IMG/VR virus record: IMGVR_UViG_3300032213_001070
Coordinates: 20,215-84,214 of that record
From: a virus
Strand: one strand, 5' to 3'
Length of the DNA: 64,000 bases
Position numbers and translations under genes: made by a program. Shown in pieces: positions 30,433-39,903 of this stretch (position 1 is its first letter; each line of letters starts with the position of its first letter). The notes beneath the pieces were generated by a model. That model was given only the letters and a program-made list of their open reading frames with translations, did no database searches and was not told the DNA's origin.

Positions 30433-33400
30433 GTTGTCCTAGAAAAAATAGTAGAGAGTGGCAAGCTATTCTTGCAGAAACTCACGGTAATGAGGAAGAG
30501 GCTCAAAGACTATGGGTTGAAAGAGAGTTTGATACTAATCCTGATCTTAATGAAGTAGTTAAAGATGAGAACTATGAGGATGAAAGACAAGGTGAACCAG
30601 GGCAGGAAGAGCTAGAACCTAATGATGATTTTTCTAGATTAATACAGAGAATCAAGATATATATCAATAGACAGATTGAGATTCTTAACAGTAAGAAAAT
30701 TGCTAATAAAAAGTATAAGCAATCTAAACTTAAAAAACTTCTTACTGAGATGGAGGCATTAGAAGGTGTAGCATCTATAAATATATTTGTAAAAGATGCT
30801 TATGATAAATCTCTACAGGTAAGAGCTAGAATGAATAAGCTACTTGCTAATAAAGGTAAGATGTCTTCTAAAGAGGTAATGATTGAGCTTACCGGATTAA
30901 ATGATTTTGCAAATAGCTACTCTATATTAGATGAGATTGACTCAGCTGATATTTTAAATTACTTTACCACAGCTTCAGAACAAGAAATGATGGGTCCAAT
31001 AACTCCACAAAAAATGTTAACGGATGCTATTTCAATAAGACAAAAGGTAAAAGAAAAAGTAATTACTCAGGGTATACCTTTATTAGCAGAGTTCTTAGTA
31101 GAATACAAATCTACTTTACAAGATACTACTATTGCAGATACTGTTGCTGCTCTTGAAAAAGAAATAGAAGATATACAGAATAATGCTAAGATGCCAGATG
31201 AGAAAAAAGAAAAGCTCATCAAAGAAAAACAAGATAGGATTAAAACATTTGAGACATTTGATGTTGACCAAGCTTCTATTGAAAAGATACTTAAAGAAGC
31301 ATCAAGTGATATTGGTGTGCTTGATTTCTTAATCTCCCCTCTTATTACATCTTCTGACAGTGCATTAGCATTATTTGCTAAAGCAATCAAGAGCCAGTTA
31401 GAATTTGCTAGACAAAAAGATATTAAAGTCAGAGACAGTTTGGTAAAAGCTTTTGAAAAATATAGAGCTGTTGCCCCGGCAAGTTCTGATAATACTGCAA
31501 AGTTTAATGAAGGTATCTATGAGGAAGTAGATATACCTATCTATGATGAAAAGGATGAGATATCCGGCTATAGAAAAGAAGTTCAGTTTGTACAGAAGTA
31601 TGACATGAGTAAATTTAATAAAGCCAGAAGTGAGTTCTTTAAACAACTTGGTGCTTTACCAAAACCTGTAGGAGAAAAACCTACTAAAGAAGAGAAAGCC
31701 AAAAGCAAAGCTTGGTGGGAGGCTAGAAATAAATGGTATAAAGAAAATACTCAACCTAGACCAAAAGCAGAAAGAGATGCTATAATTCTTCAGATGCAGA
31801 CTGATAGAGACAATAAACTCATTAGTCAAGAAGATTATGAAAAATGGGAAAGAAAAAACATTAGAGAATACAAAGGTGAAGTGACTTACTTTGAAGATTT
31901 AGCTGTACCTGCAGATAAATATAAAAGTGATAAATGGAATGCCATGTATGATTCTAATGATGTTGCAAAGAATGAGAAAGGTAGATATCATGCTGAGTTA
32001 CTTAGAATATATCAAGAAGCTCAGGATAAATTACCAGAATCACAACAACCAGGATTCAGAGTACCATCTGTATCTAAGTCTGACTTAGAAAGATTAATGC
32101 AGAACGGTATCAAAGATTTAATAAAAACTAATGTTAGTGAAGCAGTTAGACTTCAGTCATGGGATACAGAGTTTGCATTAGGAACTTTATCAGAAGAAGA
32201 TGCTAAGTTCTTACCGGTATACTATAATCAACCCATAGATGCAAAAGATGTAACATTAGATTTAGCTTCTTCAGTATTGTTATTTAGTGCAATGGCAAAT
32301 AAATATGAGGCACTTAACAATGTAAATGCTGAGATATCTTTAATGAAAACTATTGTTGGTGCCCGCAGTGTACCTGTTACAAATAGTAAAGGACAAGCTG
32401 TACTAGATGCTTTTGCTAACAAGCTAGGTTATGAGGAGTACATCCGGCAGAATGGAGAATCTTATTCTAAAAAACACTTGAATGCATTTATAGATATGGT
32501 TATCTATGGTGAAATGCAAAAAGCTGAAGAAATCTTTGGTGGTTTATCACTTACTAAGATTACTAATACTGCTATGTCTTATTCAGCTATCACAACTATT
32601 GCTGCTGACTTGCTTAAAGGTGTAGCTAATAACCTACAGGGAAACATTCAAGTACTTATAGAAGCGGTAGGTGGTCAGTTCTTTAACCGCGCCAACTTAA
32701 GAAGAGGTAAATCTTTTCTAGCAAAAAATCTACCTAGTATATTAGGAGACTTTGGTAAACCTGCACCAACAAGTTTAGTTGGAAAACTAGTAGAGAAGTA
32801 TGATCCTATGCAAGGTAACTTCAAAGATAACTATGGTAAAAAGATAAGTATGGGTGTAGCTAATAAACTTTTCCGTACAGATACATTATTCTTTAACCAG
32901 CACTTTGGGGAATATGAGATTCAAGTATCTACTATGTTAGCTTTATTTGATAATATCAAAGTACTAGATACTCAAACTAATGAAGAGATAACTTTACTAC
33001 AAGCCTATAATATCTATGGTGCTGATGAAGCACAAAGCAAAATAAAAATTGCTAAAATGGATAGCAAAGGTCAACCGGTTACAGATGACCAAGGTAATCA
33101 GGTATATGTACCATTTGGAGAAACCCAGAGACAAGATATACAAAATAGACTACATGGATTAAACAAATACATGCATGGTGTCTATAATGACTTTGACAAA
33201 GGCACATTACAAAAGTATTCATTAGGTAGACTAGCAATCATGTGGAGAAAGCATGTTGTTCCTGGATATAAAAGAAGATTTAAAAGAGTATCCATGGACC
33301 ATGAAATTGGGACACCAACAGAAGGATACTATAGAACTTTTATTATGACAATGAGATCAGATCTTAAACAGTATAAATATAATATTATTAAGAACTGGTC

Positions 33401-33857
33401 AACTTATACACCATTTCAAAAAGCTCAGATTTCAAAAGTACTTACTGAGATAAGTATAATCTTAGCACTAACAACATTAGGGTTTGTATTAACTAGATTG
33501 CTGGTTAATCCTGATGATGATGAAAGAGATCCAATCCAAAATAACTATGCTTATAACTTTTTACTTTATGAGACATTAAGGATGAGATCTGAGACTGCAT
33601 CTTATATTAATCCTATAGATGCTATCCGTGTAATGAGATCACCATCAGCTATGACAAGTACTATAGATAGACTTATTAAGTTTGTCAATCAAGTATTACC
33701 TTGGAATATAACTGAAGAATATAAAAGAGAATCAGGTGTGTGGAATAAAGGAGATAATAAAGCTTGGGCTGCATTTGTAAAACTAATGGGTATCTCAGGT
33801 TATAATATGGATCCTGAACAAGCATACAAATCATTTGAGGCAAGTTTCTTTAAATAA
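30426..33857 (+). CDS. Giant virion ejection protein, 1143 aa, with a C-terminal hydrophobic helix
   Basis: Last large gene of the RNAP cluster; ISIILALTTLGFVLTRLLV at 33450-33506; only Cys is residue 4. Confidence 0.7.
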   Translation: MLSCPRKNSREWQAILAETHGNEEEAQRLWVEREFDTNPDLNEVVKDENYEDERQGEPGQEELEPNDDFSRLIQRIKIYINRQIEILNSKKIANKKYKQSKLKKLLTEMEALEGVASINIFVKDAYDKSLQVRARMNKLLANKGKMSSKEVMIELTGLNDFANSYSILDEIDSADILNYFTTASEQEMMGPITPQKMLTDAISIRQKVKEKVITQGIPLLAEFLVEYKSTLQDTTIADTVAALEKEIEDIQNNAKMPDEKKEKLIKEKQDRIKTFETFDVDQASIEKILKEASSDIGVLDFLISPLITSSDSALALFAKAIKSQLEFARQKDIKVRDSLVKAFEKYRAVAPASSDNTAKFNEGIYEEVDIPIYDEKDEISGYRKEVQFVQKYDMSKFNKARSEFFKQLGALPKPVGEKPTKEEKAKSKAWWEARNKWYKENTQPRPKAERDAIILQMQTDRDNKLISQEDYEKWERKNIREYKGEVTYFEDLAVPADKYKSDKWNAMYDSNDVAKNEKGRYHAELLRIYQEAQDKLPESQQPGFRVPSVSKSDLERLMQNGIKDLIKTNVSEAVRLQSWDTEFALGTLSEEDAKFLPVYYNQPIDAKDVTLDLASSVLLFSAMANKYEALNNVNAEISLMKTIVGARSVPVTNSKGQAVLDAFANKLGYEEYIRQNGESYSKKHLNAFIDMVIYGEMQKAEEIFGGLSLTKITNTAMSYSAITTIAADLLKGVANNLQGNIQVLIEAVGGQFFNRANLRRGKSFLAKNLPSILGDFGKPAPTSLVGKLVEKYDPMQGNFKDNYGKKISMGVANKLFRTDTLFFNQHFGEYEIQVSTMLALFDNIKVLDTQTNEEITLLQAYNIYGADEAQSKIKIAKMDSKGQPVTDDQGNQVYVPFGETQRQDIQNRLHGLNKYMHGVYNDFDKGTLQKYSLGRLAIMWRKHVVPGYKRRFKRVSMDHEIGTPTEGYYRTFIMTMRSDLKQYKYNIIKNWSTYTPFQKAQISKVLTEISIILALTTLGFVLTRLLVNPDDDERDPIQNNYAYNFLLYETLRMRSETASYINPIDAIRVMRSPSAMTSTIDRLIKFVNQVLPWNITEEYKRESGVWNKGDNKAWAAFVKLMGISGYNMDPEQAYKSFEASFFK

Positions 33858-33863
33858 ATAACT

Positions 33864-34004
33864 ATGGCAAAGACAGCAACATCAACAGTAAAAGCATATA
33901 CCAAGGTTAAAAAATCTAGACCAGGTGTGCATAGCAAAACCAAGAATTCTAGAATGAAAGGTGCTAAGCACTACAAGAAGGCTTATAGAGCACAAGGGAG
34001 GTAG
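33864..34004 (+). CDS. Small very basic protein, 46 aa (MAKTATSTVKAYTKVKKSRPGVHSKTKNSRMKGAKHYKKAYRAQGR)
   Basis: Translated by hand, below the ORF-track cutoff; follows the last virion gene and precedes the terminator. Confidence 0.7.
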   Translation: MAKTATSTVKAYTKVKKSRPGVHSKTKNSRMKGAKHYKKAYRAQGR

Positions 34005-34011
34005 CAGAAAG

Positions 34012-34039
34012 AAAAAAAAGGGGAACCCGAAAGTTCCCC
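34012..34039 (-). terminator. Intrinsic terminator at the convergence of the late (+) and early/replication (-) blocks
   Basis: Minus strand GGGGAACT-TTCG-GGTTCCCC followed by T8. Confidence 0.85.
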
Positions 34040-34041
34040 AA

Positions 34042-34215
34042 TTAATCTTCTTCACAACAGTCACATTCTTCTGACTCTAATTGTCCATACTCATTATCAA
34101 ACCAGTCTTTGGCTTCTTGTTTTGTTGGATAATCTTTAAGTCCTGCTTCTATAGCAGCTGCAAATCCTGCCATATAGGCTTCCATCATTGCTTTTCTGAA
34201 TGCTACTGGATGCAT
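34042..34215 (-). CDS. Hypothetical protein, 57 aa, ending in an acidic ECDCCEED tail
   Basis: Translated by hand; fills the gap between the MazG-like gene and the terminator. Confidence 0.6.
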   Translation of the reverse strand: MHPVAFRKAMMEAYMAGFAAAIEAGLKDYPTKQEAKDWFDNEYGQLESEECDCCEED

Positions 34216-34216
34216 G

Positions 34217-34603
34217 TTAATCTACTTTAATAAATTTACTGATATCAGGTCTGAAGTATCCCGGACCTTTTAATATTTTTCCATCTTCTCTAAGAATAGG
34301 CTTACCATCTTCACCTAATTTACTCATATTACTTTCTTGTATTTCATCAAATACATCTTGTATAATATACTGCATACCATGTTTAAGTATAGTTCCGCAT
34401 AATATATATAGCTTATCACCTAGTGCATCTGCTATATCTACTAGTGAGTTTTTGTGACATGCTTCAAGATACTCATCATTCTCTTCAGCCATCAGTCTAT
34501 GTCTTAGTACTGCTTCATCTTTCTCAAGATTCTGTGGCCATTGACCATCTATTTGATTAAAGGCTCTATGAAATTCTGCTACTGCTTTTAATTGTTTTTC
34601 CAT
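34217..34603 (-). CDS. MazG-like/PRA-PH nucleoside triphosphate pyrophosphohydrolase
   Basis: EENDEY...DIADALGDKLY...SNMSK...REDGKILKGP motifs. Confidence 0.85.
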   Translation of the reverse strand: MEKQLKAVAEFHRAFNQIDGQWPQNLEKDEAVLRHRLMAEENDEYLEACHKNSLVDIADALGDKLYILCGTILKHGMQYIIQDVFDEIQESNMSKLGEDGKPILREDGKILKGPGYFRPDISKFIKVD

Positions 34604-34614
34604 AATGTAAATTT

Positions 34615-34645
34615 AAAAAAAAAGGGGACACATTGCTGCATCCCC
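34615..34645 (-). terminator. Intrinsic terminator
   Basis: Minus strand GGGGATGCA-GCAA-TGTGTCCCC followed by T9. Confidence 0.8.
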
Positions 34646-34681
34646 GGATTGATTATTGTTCCTATATTAACTATAGGGCAA

Positions 34682-35914
34682 TTAGAAGAAATCTGGAATG
34701 CTGCTTCCATCATCTTCTGTTTCTTCATCATTACTTAAATCTAATTCAAAATCTACACTAGATTCTTTTTTCTCTACAGGAATAGAATCTAGATCAGCTA
34801 CTGCTGGTGTACCCACAGAAGATTCTGTAGCCTCAAGCATTTCATAATCGGCAGGACTAGCACTTAAGCTAAAGTCATCTACACTATATTCAAATGCATT
34901 ATTCTCAGGTTCAGGTGCCGGCATTTGAGGAATATCCTCATCATCTTCTGGATCTGGTTCTGGAACAACCGGTGCTTCAAATGTGTTACCTGCAGGATCA
35001 GTGTAGTGTATTACTTCATCATTCACCCATGGTAATTCTTCTTCTGTAACTTCAATAGTATCTTCTTCAACAAATGAATCTTCTACAGCTTCAGTTTCCT
35101 CTAGAATGATTTCTTCTGATTGGTGCAGATCATCTGCACAGTTATCTTCTTCTTGCACCACTTGATTATCAGGCACTTGCGTAACTGGAGCAGTAGCCGG
35201 TGCAAAATTACATATGGTCCCTATAAAGTAATGTAATATTCTCTGATCTTCCATCCAAGTTTTAGGATGTGAATGCTGTAATGAGTTAGTTACAAAGTTA
35301 TAGAATGCCCACAAGCTATCTGTATTAGCAAATACTTGTTGTGGTTTCTTCATTTGATCTCTAATCATACTAGCTTGTTCAGTAGTAAGAATTTCATACT
35401 CTGCAAACAGGACACCCAAAAGTTGTGCTTGTCTTCTTTTGTTCAAGCTTACTCCTTCCATAGAAGCTTTATCAGCACATAACTGATTATAATACATATG
35501 TGCATTAGAAATATATTGGTCTATAGTATCTTTTACTTCAGTATCTGCAGTACCAGTATGCTTTCTAACCCAGCTACCTATATCCCCGGAGATCATAACT
35601 GATCCGCTTTGATTGATATAAGCACCAACTACACATTTAAATTTCACTTGTTTGTTATAACTGTTTGTCCATGCAAACATCATTGACAACTCAGGATCCT
35701 GATTGAAGTTCAATCTATAGATACCTTGAGCTATTTGTCCATCGGCAGTACATCTATACTCCTCTTCTACAATTCCAAATCCTGCAGTAGCAAGAGCTTG
35801 GTATGCATAATCCATTACAAATTGGTGGCTAATTACAGTATAACTAGCACCATGGTTTGGTAAAGGCACACTAACTAGGTGCGCCTTTGTTGTGTTCTGT
35901 ATTTTCTTTGGCAT
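34682..35914 (-). CDS. DUF932-like protein with a long acidic C-terminal tail
   Basis: SYTVISH...NSYNK...RKHTG...LWAFYN pattern; C-terminal ~170 aa very rich in D/E. Confidence 0.6.
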   Translation of the reverse strand: MPKKIQNTTKAHLVSVPLPNHGASYTVISHQFVMDYAYQALATAGFGIVEEEYRCTADGQIAQGIYRLNFNQDPELSMMFAWTNSYNKQVKFKCVVGAYINQSGSVMISGDIGSWVRKHTGTADTEVKDTIDQYISNAHMYYNQLCADKASMEGVSLNKRRQAQLLGVLFAEYEILTTEQASMIRDQMKKPQQVFANTDSLWAFYNFVTNSLQHSHPKTWMEDQRILHYFIGTICNFAPATAPVTQVPDNQVVQEEDNCADDLHQSEEIILEETEAVEDSFVEEDTIEVTEEELPWVNDEVIHYTDPAGNTFEAPVVPEPDPEDDEDIPQMPAPEPENNAFEYSVDDFSLSASPADYEMLEATESSVGTPAVADLDSIPVEKKESSVDFELDLSNDEETEDDGSSIPDFF

Positions 35915-37819
35915 TTAAAATAATTTTAATTGATTTCTATTTGGCTCTAACCCAGCTATCTCTTTCTTTATCTTATCTAGATAATAGCTTAGATTAATCT
36001 TGTAATCATCAAATGGTTTTTCTTCATGGTCAATATAAATAGTCTGCATCCATTGGCCGGATTCTATTTGAGTTTCTCTACCATCAAACAAGTTAGTCTT
36101 AATAACCTTACAGCCGGAGTTAGATACATAATATCTAATAGTATCCTGCAGTTTTGTCTTCTCATACTCACCATTAACAATAGCATGTGAATAAAATTCC
36201 CAGTCACCTTTTATCTTTTTACCACCACAATAATCAAATATGTTTTGGTTTTGTTTTAGATAATCTTCAGGCTCAATACCATCTACAAAATATGCATGTA
36301 GAGCTTTAGGAACTATCAGGAAACTTTTATTCTTATGCAACGCCAGGTTTTCATACTCAAATCTACCTTTACATTTAGATTTACCATCTTCAGTAACTGC
36401 TATGTAGTTATTTACATCACCCAATACAAACTTAGAATACTTATCATGTTCCAGTTGTAGATTAGTAATCCTTTCCCATTCTGCACATATCTCCATATAC
36501 TTATCTACTTTGTCTCTTGGAATCAGAGTTTCCAAACCATCTGTATTCTGAGCTAACGGTATAGATCCTGGTATACCTTCAGTAAGCATTTCATACAGTA
36601 GAGTTAGACTCAACTGACCATTAATTGTAATCCTCATGGTAAACTCTGGATCATATAGAAAACTATTCTCATCATTACTGAGTCCATAAGTTGAGTTAAG
36701 AATAATCTTATATACATAATTCTTAGGATCCTTCTTAGGTATCTTCTTTCTTTCTTCAAAAAACCACTCATATAGTTCACAAAAATCTGCTTGTGGTAAA
36801 TGTCCCGGAGCCCATCCATTTCTAATAGCTAGATTAGGATAGAAACTAGTAACATCTGAAGTCATGATGATCATATCATCAGTAGACTCATACACTCTAC
36901 TAGTTCTAGCACCATGGATACCACCAAGACCATAATCAGTTTTAACTCCTTTATACTGCACTGAATACTTAAATCCTCCTTTAGTCTCACCTGGATAAAT
37001 AACAACTTCCCTAAATTTCTTTAACAGGTTCTGAAATGTAGCTGTCTTAAATTCTATATAAGGTAGTATGATATCATTAACAACAATCTGAGGTCTATGA
37101 GTTCTCATCTGTCTCAGTTCATATTTCTTTATACCAGTCTGTTTACTCAAGAAATGTAGAAACAATTCTTTAGATATCCGTGGCTCAGAGGCTGAGAACA
37201 AATCAATATTATATTCATCTGTCAAAGCTCTCCTAAGATTAATCTGCTCTTTACTGAGCTGCATAATCTGTTTAGTAGACCTAACATCATTAATACAGTA
37301 ATTGATAATATCCGGAATCTGTTCCGCTACTACTTCAGTAGTATGATGAATAGGCATATCTATGATATTCTTCCAATCCATTGTATACTGAATCCATTTC
37401 AAGCTAGATCTCTTAGCTGGATTATCCCAGTGGTTAAGTTTAAATACATCTACCTGTCTGATGTGTAAATCTCTAGGACTAAATTCTAAGAACTCTCCAT
37501 CACTCTGTCTTCTGATTACATCTTGTGCTTTAGAATATATGAACCTAGCAATCTCATCACCAGTCATATCAAGTAAGTCATGACCTTTAGCCAAGCAGTG
37601 TTCAGTGATTTGACTGTCAAATCCTAAACCATTAAAGCTAATATGCCATTCATTATTATTTACATTATGCATTAAGAAAGTTAAGAAAGGAACAATGTCA
37701 TTTCTAGACTCATGCATTACAAATATCTCTCTGTCTTCAGATTTTATATCTTCAAAGACTGCAATGAAACAATTAGATAATGTTTCATAATCCATTACAT
37801 AGTGTGTTTTCATACCCAC
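35915..37819 (-). CDS. polB: Family B DNA polymerase with 3'-5' exonuclease domain
   Basis: DYET (ExoI), FNGLGFD (ExoII), YCINDV (ExoIII), DVTSFYPN, KIILNSTYG, NTDG. Confidence 0.92.
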   Translation of the reverse strand: MGMKTHYVMDYETLSNCFIAVFEDIKSEDREIFVMHESRNDIVPFLTFLMHNVNNNEWHISFNGLGFDSQITEHCLAKGHDLLDMTGDEIARFIYSKAQDVIRRQSDGEFLEFSPRDLHIRQVDVFKLNHWDNPAKRSSLKWIQYTMDWKNIIDMPIHHTTEVVAEQIPDIINYCINDVRSTKQIMQLSKEQINLRRALTDEYNIDLFSASEPRISKELFLHFLSKQTGIKKYELRQMRTHRPQIVVNDIILPYIEFKTATFQNLLKKFREVVIYPGETKGGFKYSVQYKGVKTDYGLGGIHGARTSRVYESTDDMIIMTSDVTSFYPNLAIRNGWAPGHLPQADFCELYEWFFEERKKIPKKDPKNYVYKIILNSTYGLSNDENSFLYDPEFTMRITINGQLSLTLLYEMLTEGIPGSIPLAQNTDGLETLIPRDKVDKYMEICAEWERITNLQLEHDKYSKFVLGDVNNYIAVTEDGKSKCKGRFEYENLALHKNKSFLIVPKALHAYFVDGIEPEDYLKQNQNIFDYCGGKKIKGDWEFYSHAIVNGEYEKTKLQDTIRYYVSNSGCKVIKTNLFDGRETQIESGQWMQTIYIDHEEKPFDDYKINLSYYLDKIKKEIAGLEPNRNQLKLF

Positions 37820-37854
37820 TTGTTCAGTTAAGCTGTTCCCCCGTTTTAGTTAAT

Positions 37855-37884
37855 AAAAAAAGAGGGTGTTTGGTACCCACCCTC
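37855..37884 (-). terminator. Intrinsic terminator
   Basis: Minus strand GAGGGTG-N9-CACCCTC followed by a T-run. Confidence 0.7.
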
Positions 37885-37904
37885 CCTTTTAATTTAGAAG
37901 AACG

Positions 37905-38300
37905 CTACTTTGTAGCTTTTTTACCTAGGCTTTCTGTTTCACCCAAGAATTTTTTGTAATCAAACTTCTTTGCATTTACTGCAAACAAAGATATAACATC
38001 TTCCATAGCTGCTTTGTCTTCTACATAGAACTCTTGGAATACTTCAATCTTATGTCTTTCTTCTCTAAAGTTTCTACCATTGGTTCTTGCACTTTTTACT
38101 GTCATTGGATCACCATTGTCATCCAACTTAGGTAGCATATGCAAAGCCTGCTTGGTTATTTTAGAAATTATTACAAAGACTTTAGTATCCGGATCAAAGA
38201 TACATTCTACATAAGGACATGAATCCGCTATAGGAATCAATCTAAAAGTTTGCTTATCATTCCAAGTTGCTTGGATAAGCATCATTGTGTTTTCACTCAT
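37905..38300 (-). CDS. Hypothetical protein, 131 aa
   Basis: ORF in the co-oriented replication operon. Confidence 0.7.
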   Translation of the reverse strand: MSENTMMLIQATWNDKQTFRLIPIADSCPYVECIFDPDTKVFVIISKITKQALHMLPKLDDNGDPMTVKSARTNGRNFREERHKIEVFQEFYVEDKAAMEDVISLFAVNAKKFDYKKFLGETESLGKKATK

Positions 38301-38320
38301 TTTTTAGTTGGTTTTAATTT

Positions 38321-38893
38321 TTACAAAGATAATCTAGAATTATTAATATTCTCAAAATTTGCAACAGCAGTTAGTAACATTTCTTTATCTAGATTTGGTT
38401 TGTCACATAGTTCCCCTACTTCTTCTAATAGTTTTTGAGGTACATCAAGTAACTCAGCATATCTCTTAAAGAACTTTTCAGGAAACATATAGCTTGTTAC
38501 ATAAATATAATTACCACTATGTTTGTCAAAAAAATTAACTATTTTACGCTTTATATCATCACTTATTTTACTATATCTACCATTTATCATATGGTCCCAA
38601 TCATTACCTAAATCAACAAAATCAAATACAAATACAGCTTGATTATCATGTAGTTTGCTATAATTGCAAAGTCTACTATGTTTTATTAAAACATCATTTT
38701 CAAAATCTGCATAATCATCATCTGTTGTATCATACACACAAATAAGTTTTTTATCCTCAGAGGAGTACATCTCTGCCCAAGCAAAATAAGTTTCTACTGG
38801 AACAATCTGTGTACCTCTTTTAATGTCTAAGAGCGGATAAACAAATATCTTAGACTTTTGGAAATACTTTCTATAAAGCGCATTAATTACCAT
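38321..38893 (-). CDS. Hypothetical protein, 190 aa
   Basis: ORF in operon, 5 nt after the nuclease gene. Confidence 0.7.
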   Translation of the reverse strand: MVINALYRKYFQKSKIFVYPLLDIKRGTQIVPVETYFAWAEMYSSEDKKLICVYDTTDDDYADFENDVLIKHSRLCNYSKLHDNQAVFVFDFVDLGNDWDHMINGRYSKISDDIKRKIVNFFDKHSGNYIYVTSYMFPEKFFKRYAELLDVPQKLLEEVGELCDKPNLDKEMLLTAVANFENINNSRLSL

Positions 38894-38898
38894 AAATA

Positions 38899-39903
38899 CT
38901 ACAATTTTATATTACCTAATGCTAGCTCATATGGTAGATCATACCTCTTGTTTTCATAGTGCCACTTAATCTTTTGCACTATATCTTCAAACTGATCAGC
39001 CCATTTGGCTAGTGTTTCTGAAGAAACTTGGTAAGGATAAACTTGATTGTACTTATCAATTACTATAAAAGTAACTTGTACATTCCAATCATCGGTAATA
39101 CTGAACCTTTCTTTAGCTAGTAGTACATAGATAACGGCCTGGACCCAATATCTATAATACTCCACAGAGTCAGGAAAGTCTTGTATTGACTTACCAAGAG
39201 TCTTTAAGTCATTAATAAAGATAGTTTTTGAGTTATGATCAACAACTACATTGTCAAGGACACCGTGGAAACCAAAAGGTAGATTGTCTAGTTCAGCTTT
39301 TACAAACAACTCATTGTAAGCTTCAATAGATTTGTCTTCTACATCTCTGTCTAGTTGTAGCAATGCCCGCACATTACTGTTATTCTTTAGTATTTCAACT
39401 GAAACTTTACAGCCATCTAAAGTTGGTTGATCTACTGTTGTTTTATCTAGACTAAGTTTAAGAAATTCAAAATACTCTGTGTTCTCTGATGTCAGAATCT
39501 TGTCAAGTCTTTGCTGATCTGTTTTGAGTGTCTGATAGAGATTTGCTGTAAGTAGCTGTGTGAGTATATCTTGTGAGTAGTCTGACAAATTTAATGTATT
39601 ATTTCCAACTGTCAAGTGATATTTAAAAATATTATCAATAATTTTTCTCTGACTATCAGTAGGAAACTTACCCGGCATAGTTACAAAATGCTCATCATAC
39701 TTATCTGGCTCAAACAAAAGACAGTGCAGAACGCGCCCTCCTACAAGATGCGCGTCTGTACCATCTTCCCTCTGATTCAAAACATAATGATTATAAAACA
39801 TGGCCGGTGAAAACAATAACTTGTTGATGCCGCTATAACTGAAGTAAAACTTCTGTCTATAGAATCTATCTAGTTCCTCAGAACCAATCAAAGTCTGTAT
39901 CAT
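38899..39903 (-). CDS. PD-(D/E)XK exonuclease (RecE/ExoVIII-like)
   Basis: FSYSGI...G..LHCLL...HGVLDNVVVD...INDLKT...YWVQAVIY. Confidence 0.8.
   Translation of the reverse strand: MIQTLIGSEELDRFYRQKFYFSYSGINKLLFSPAMFYNHYVLNQREDGTDAHLVGGRVLHCLLFEPDKYDEHFVTMPGKFPTDSQRKIIDNIFKYHLTVGNNTLNLSDYSQDILTQLLTANLYQTLKTDQQRLDKILTSENTEYFEFLKLSLDKTTVDQPTLDGCKVSVEILKNNSNVRALLQLDRDVEDKSIEAYNELFVKAELDNLPFGFHGVLDNVVVDHNSKTIFINDLKTLGKSIQDFPDSVEYYRYWVQAVIYVLLAKERFSITDDWNVQVTFIVIDKYNQVYPYQVSSETLAKWADQFEDIVQKIKWHYENKRYDLPYELALGNIKL

Noticed and set aside
840-34064. Antisense and nested ORFs in the track (e.g. 840-1127, 2051-2353, 8364-8828, 24172-24459, 29898-30344, 33882-34064)
   Set aside because: These are shadow frames of long coding genes, with no motifs and implausible composition.
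18293-37819. Inteins in the RNAP or PolB
   Set aside because: No internal Cys in the RNAP, no His-Asn-nucleophile splice junction or LAGLIDADG block recognised, and PolB motifs have normal spacing.
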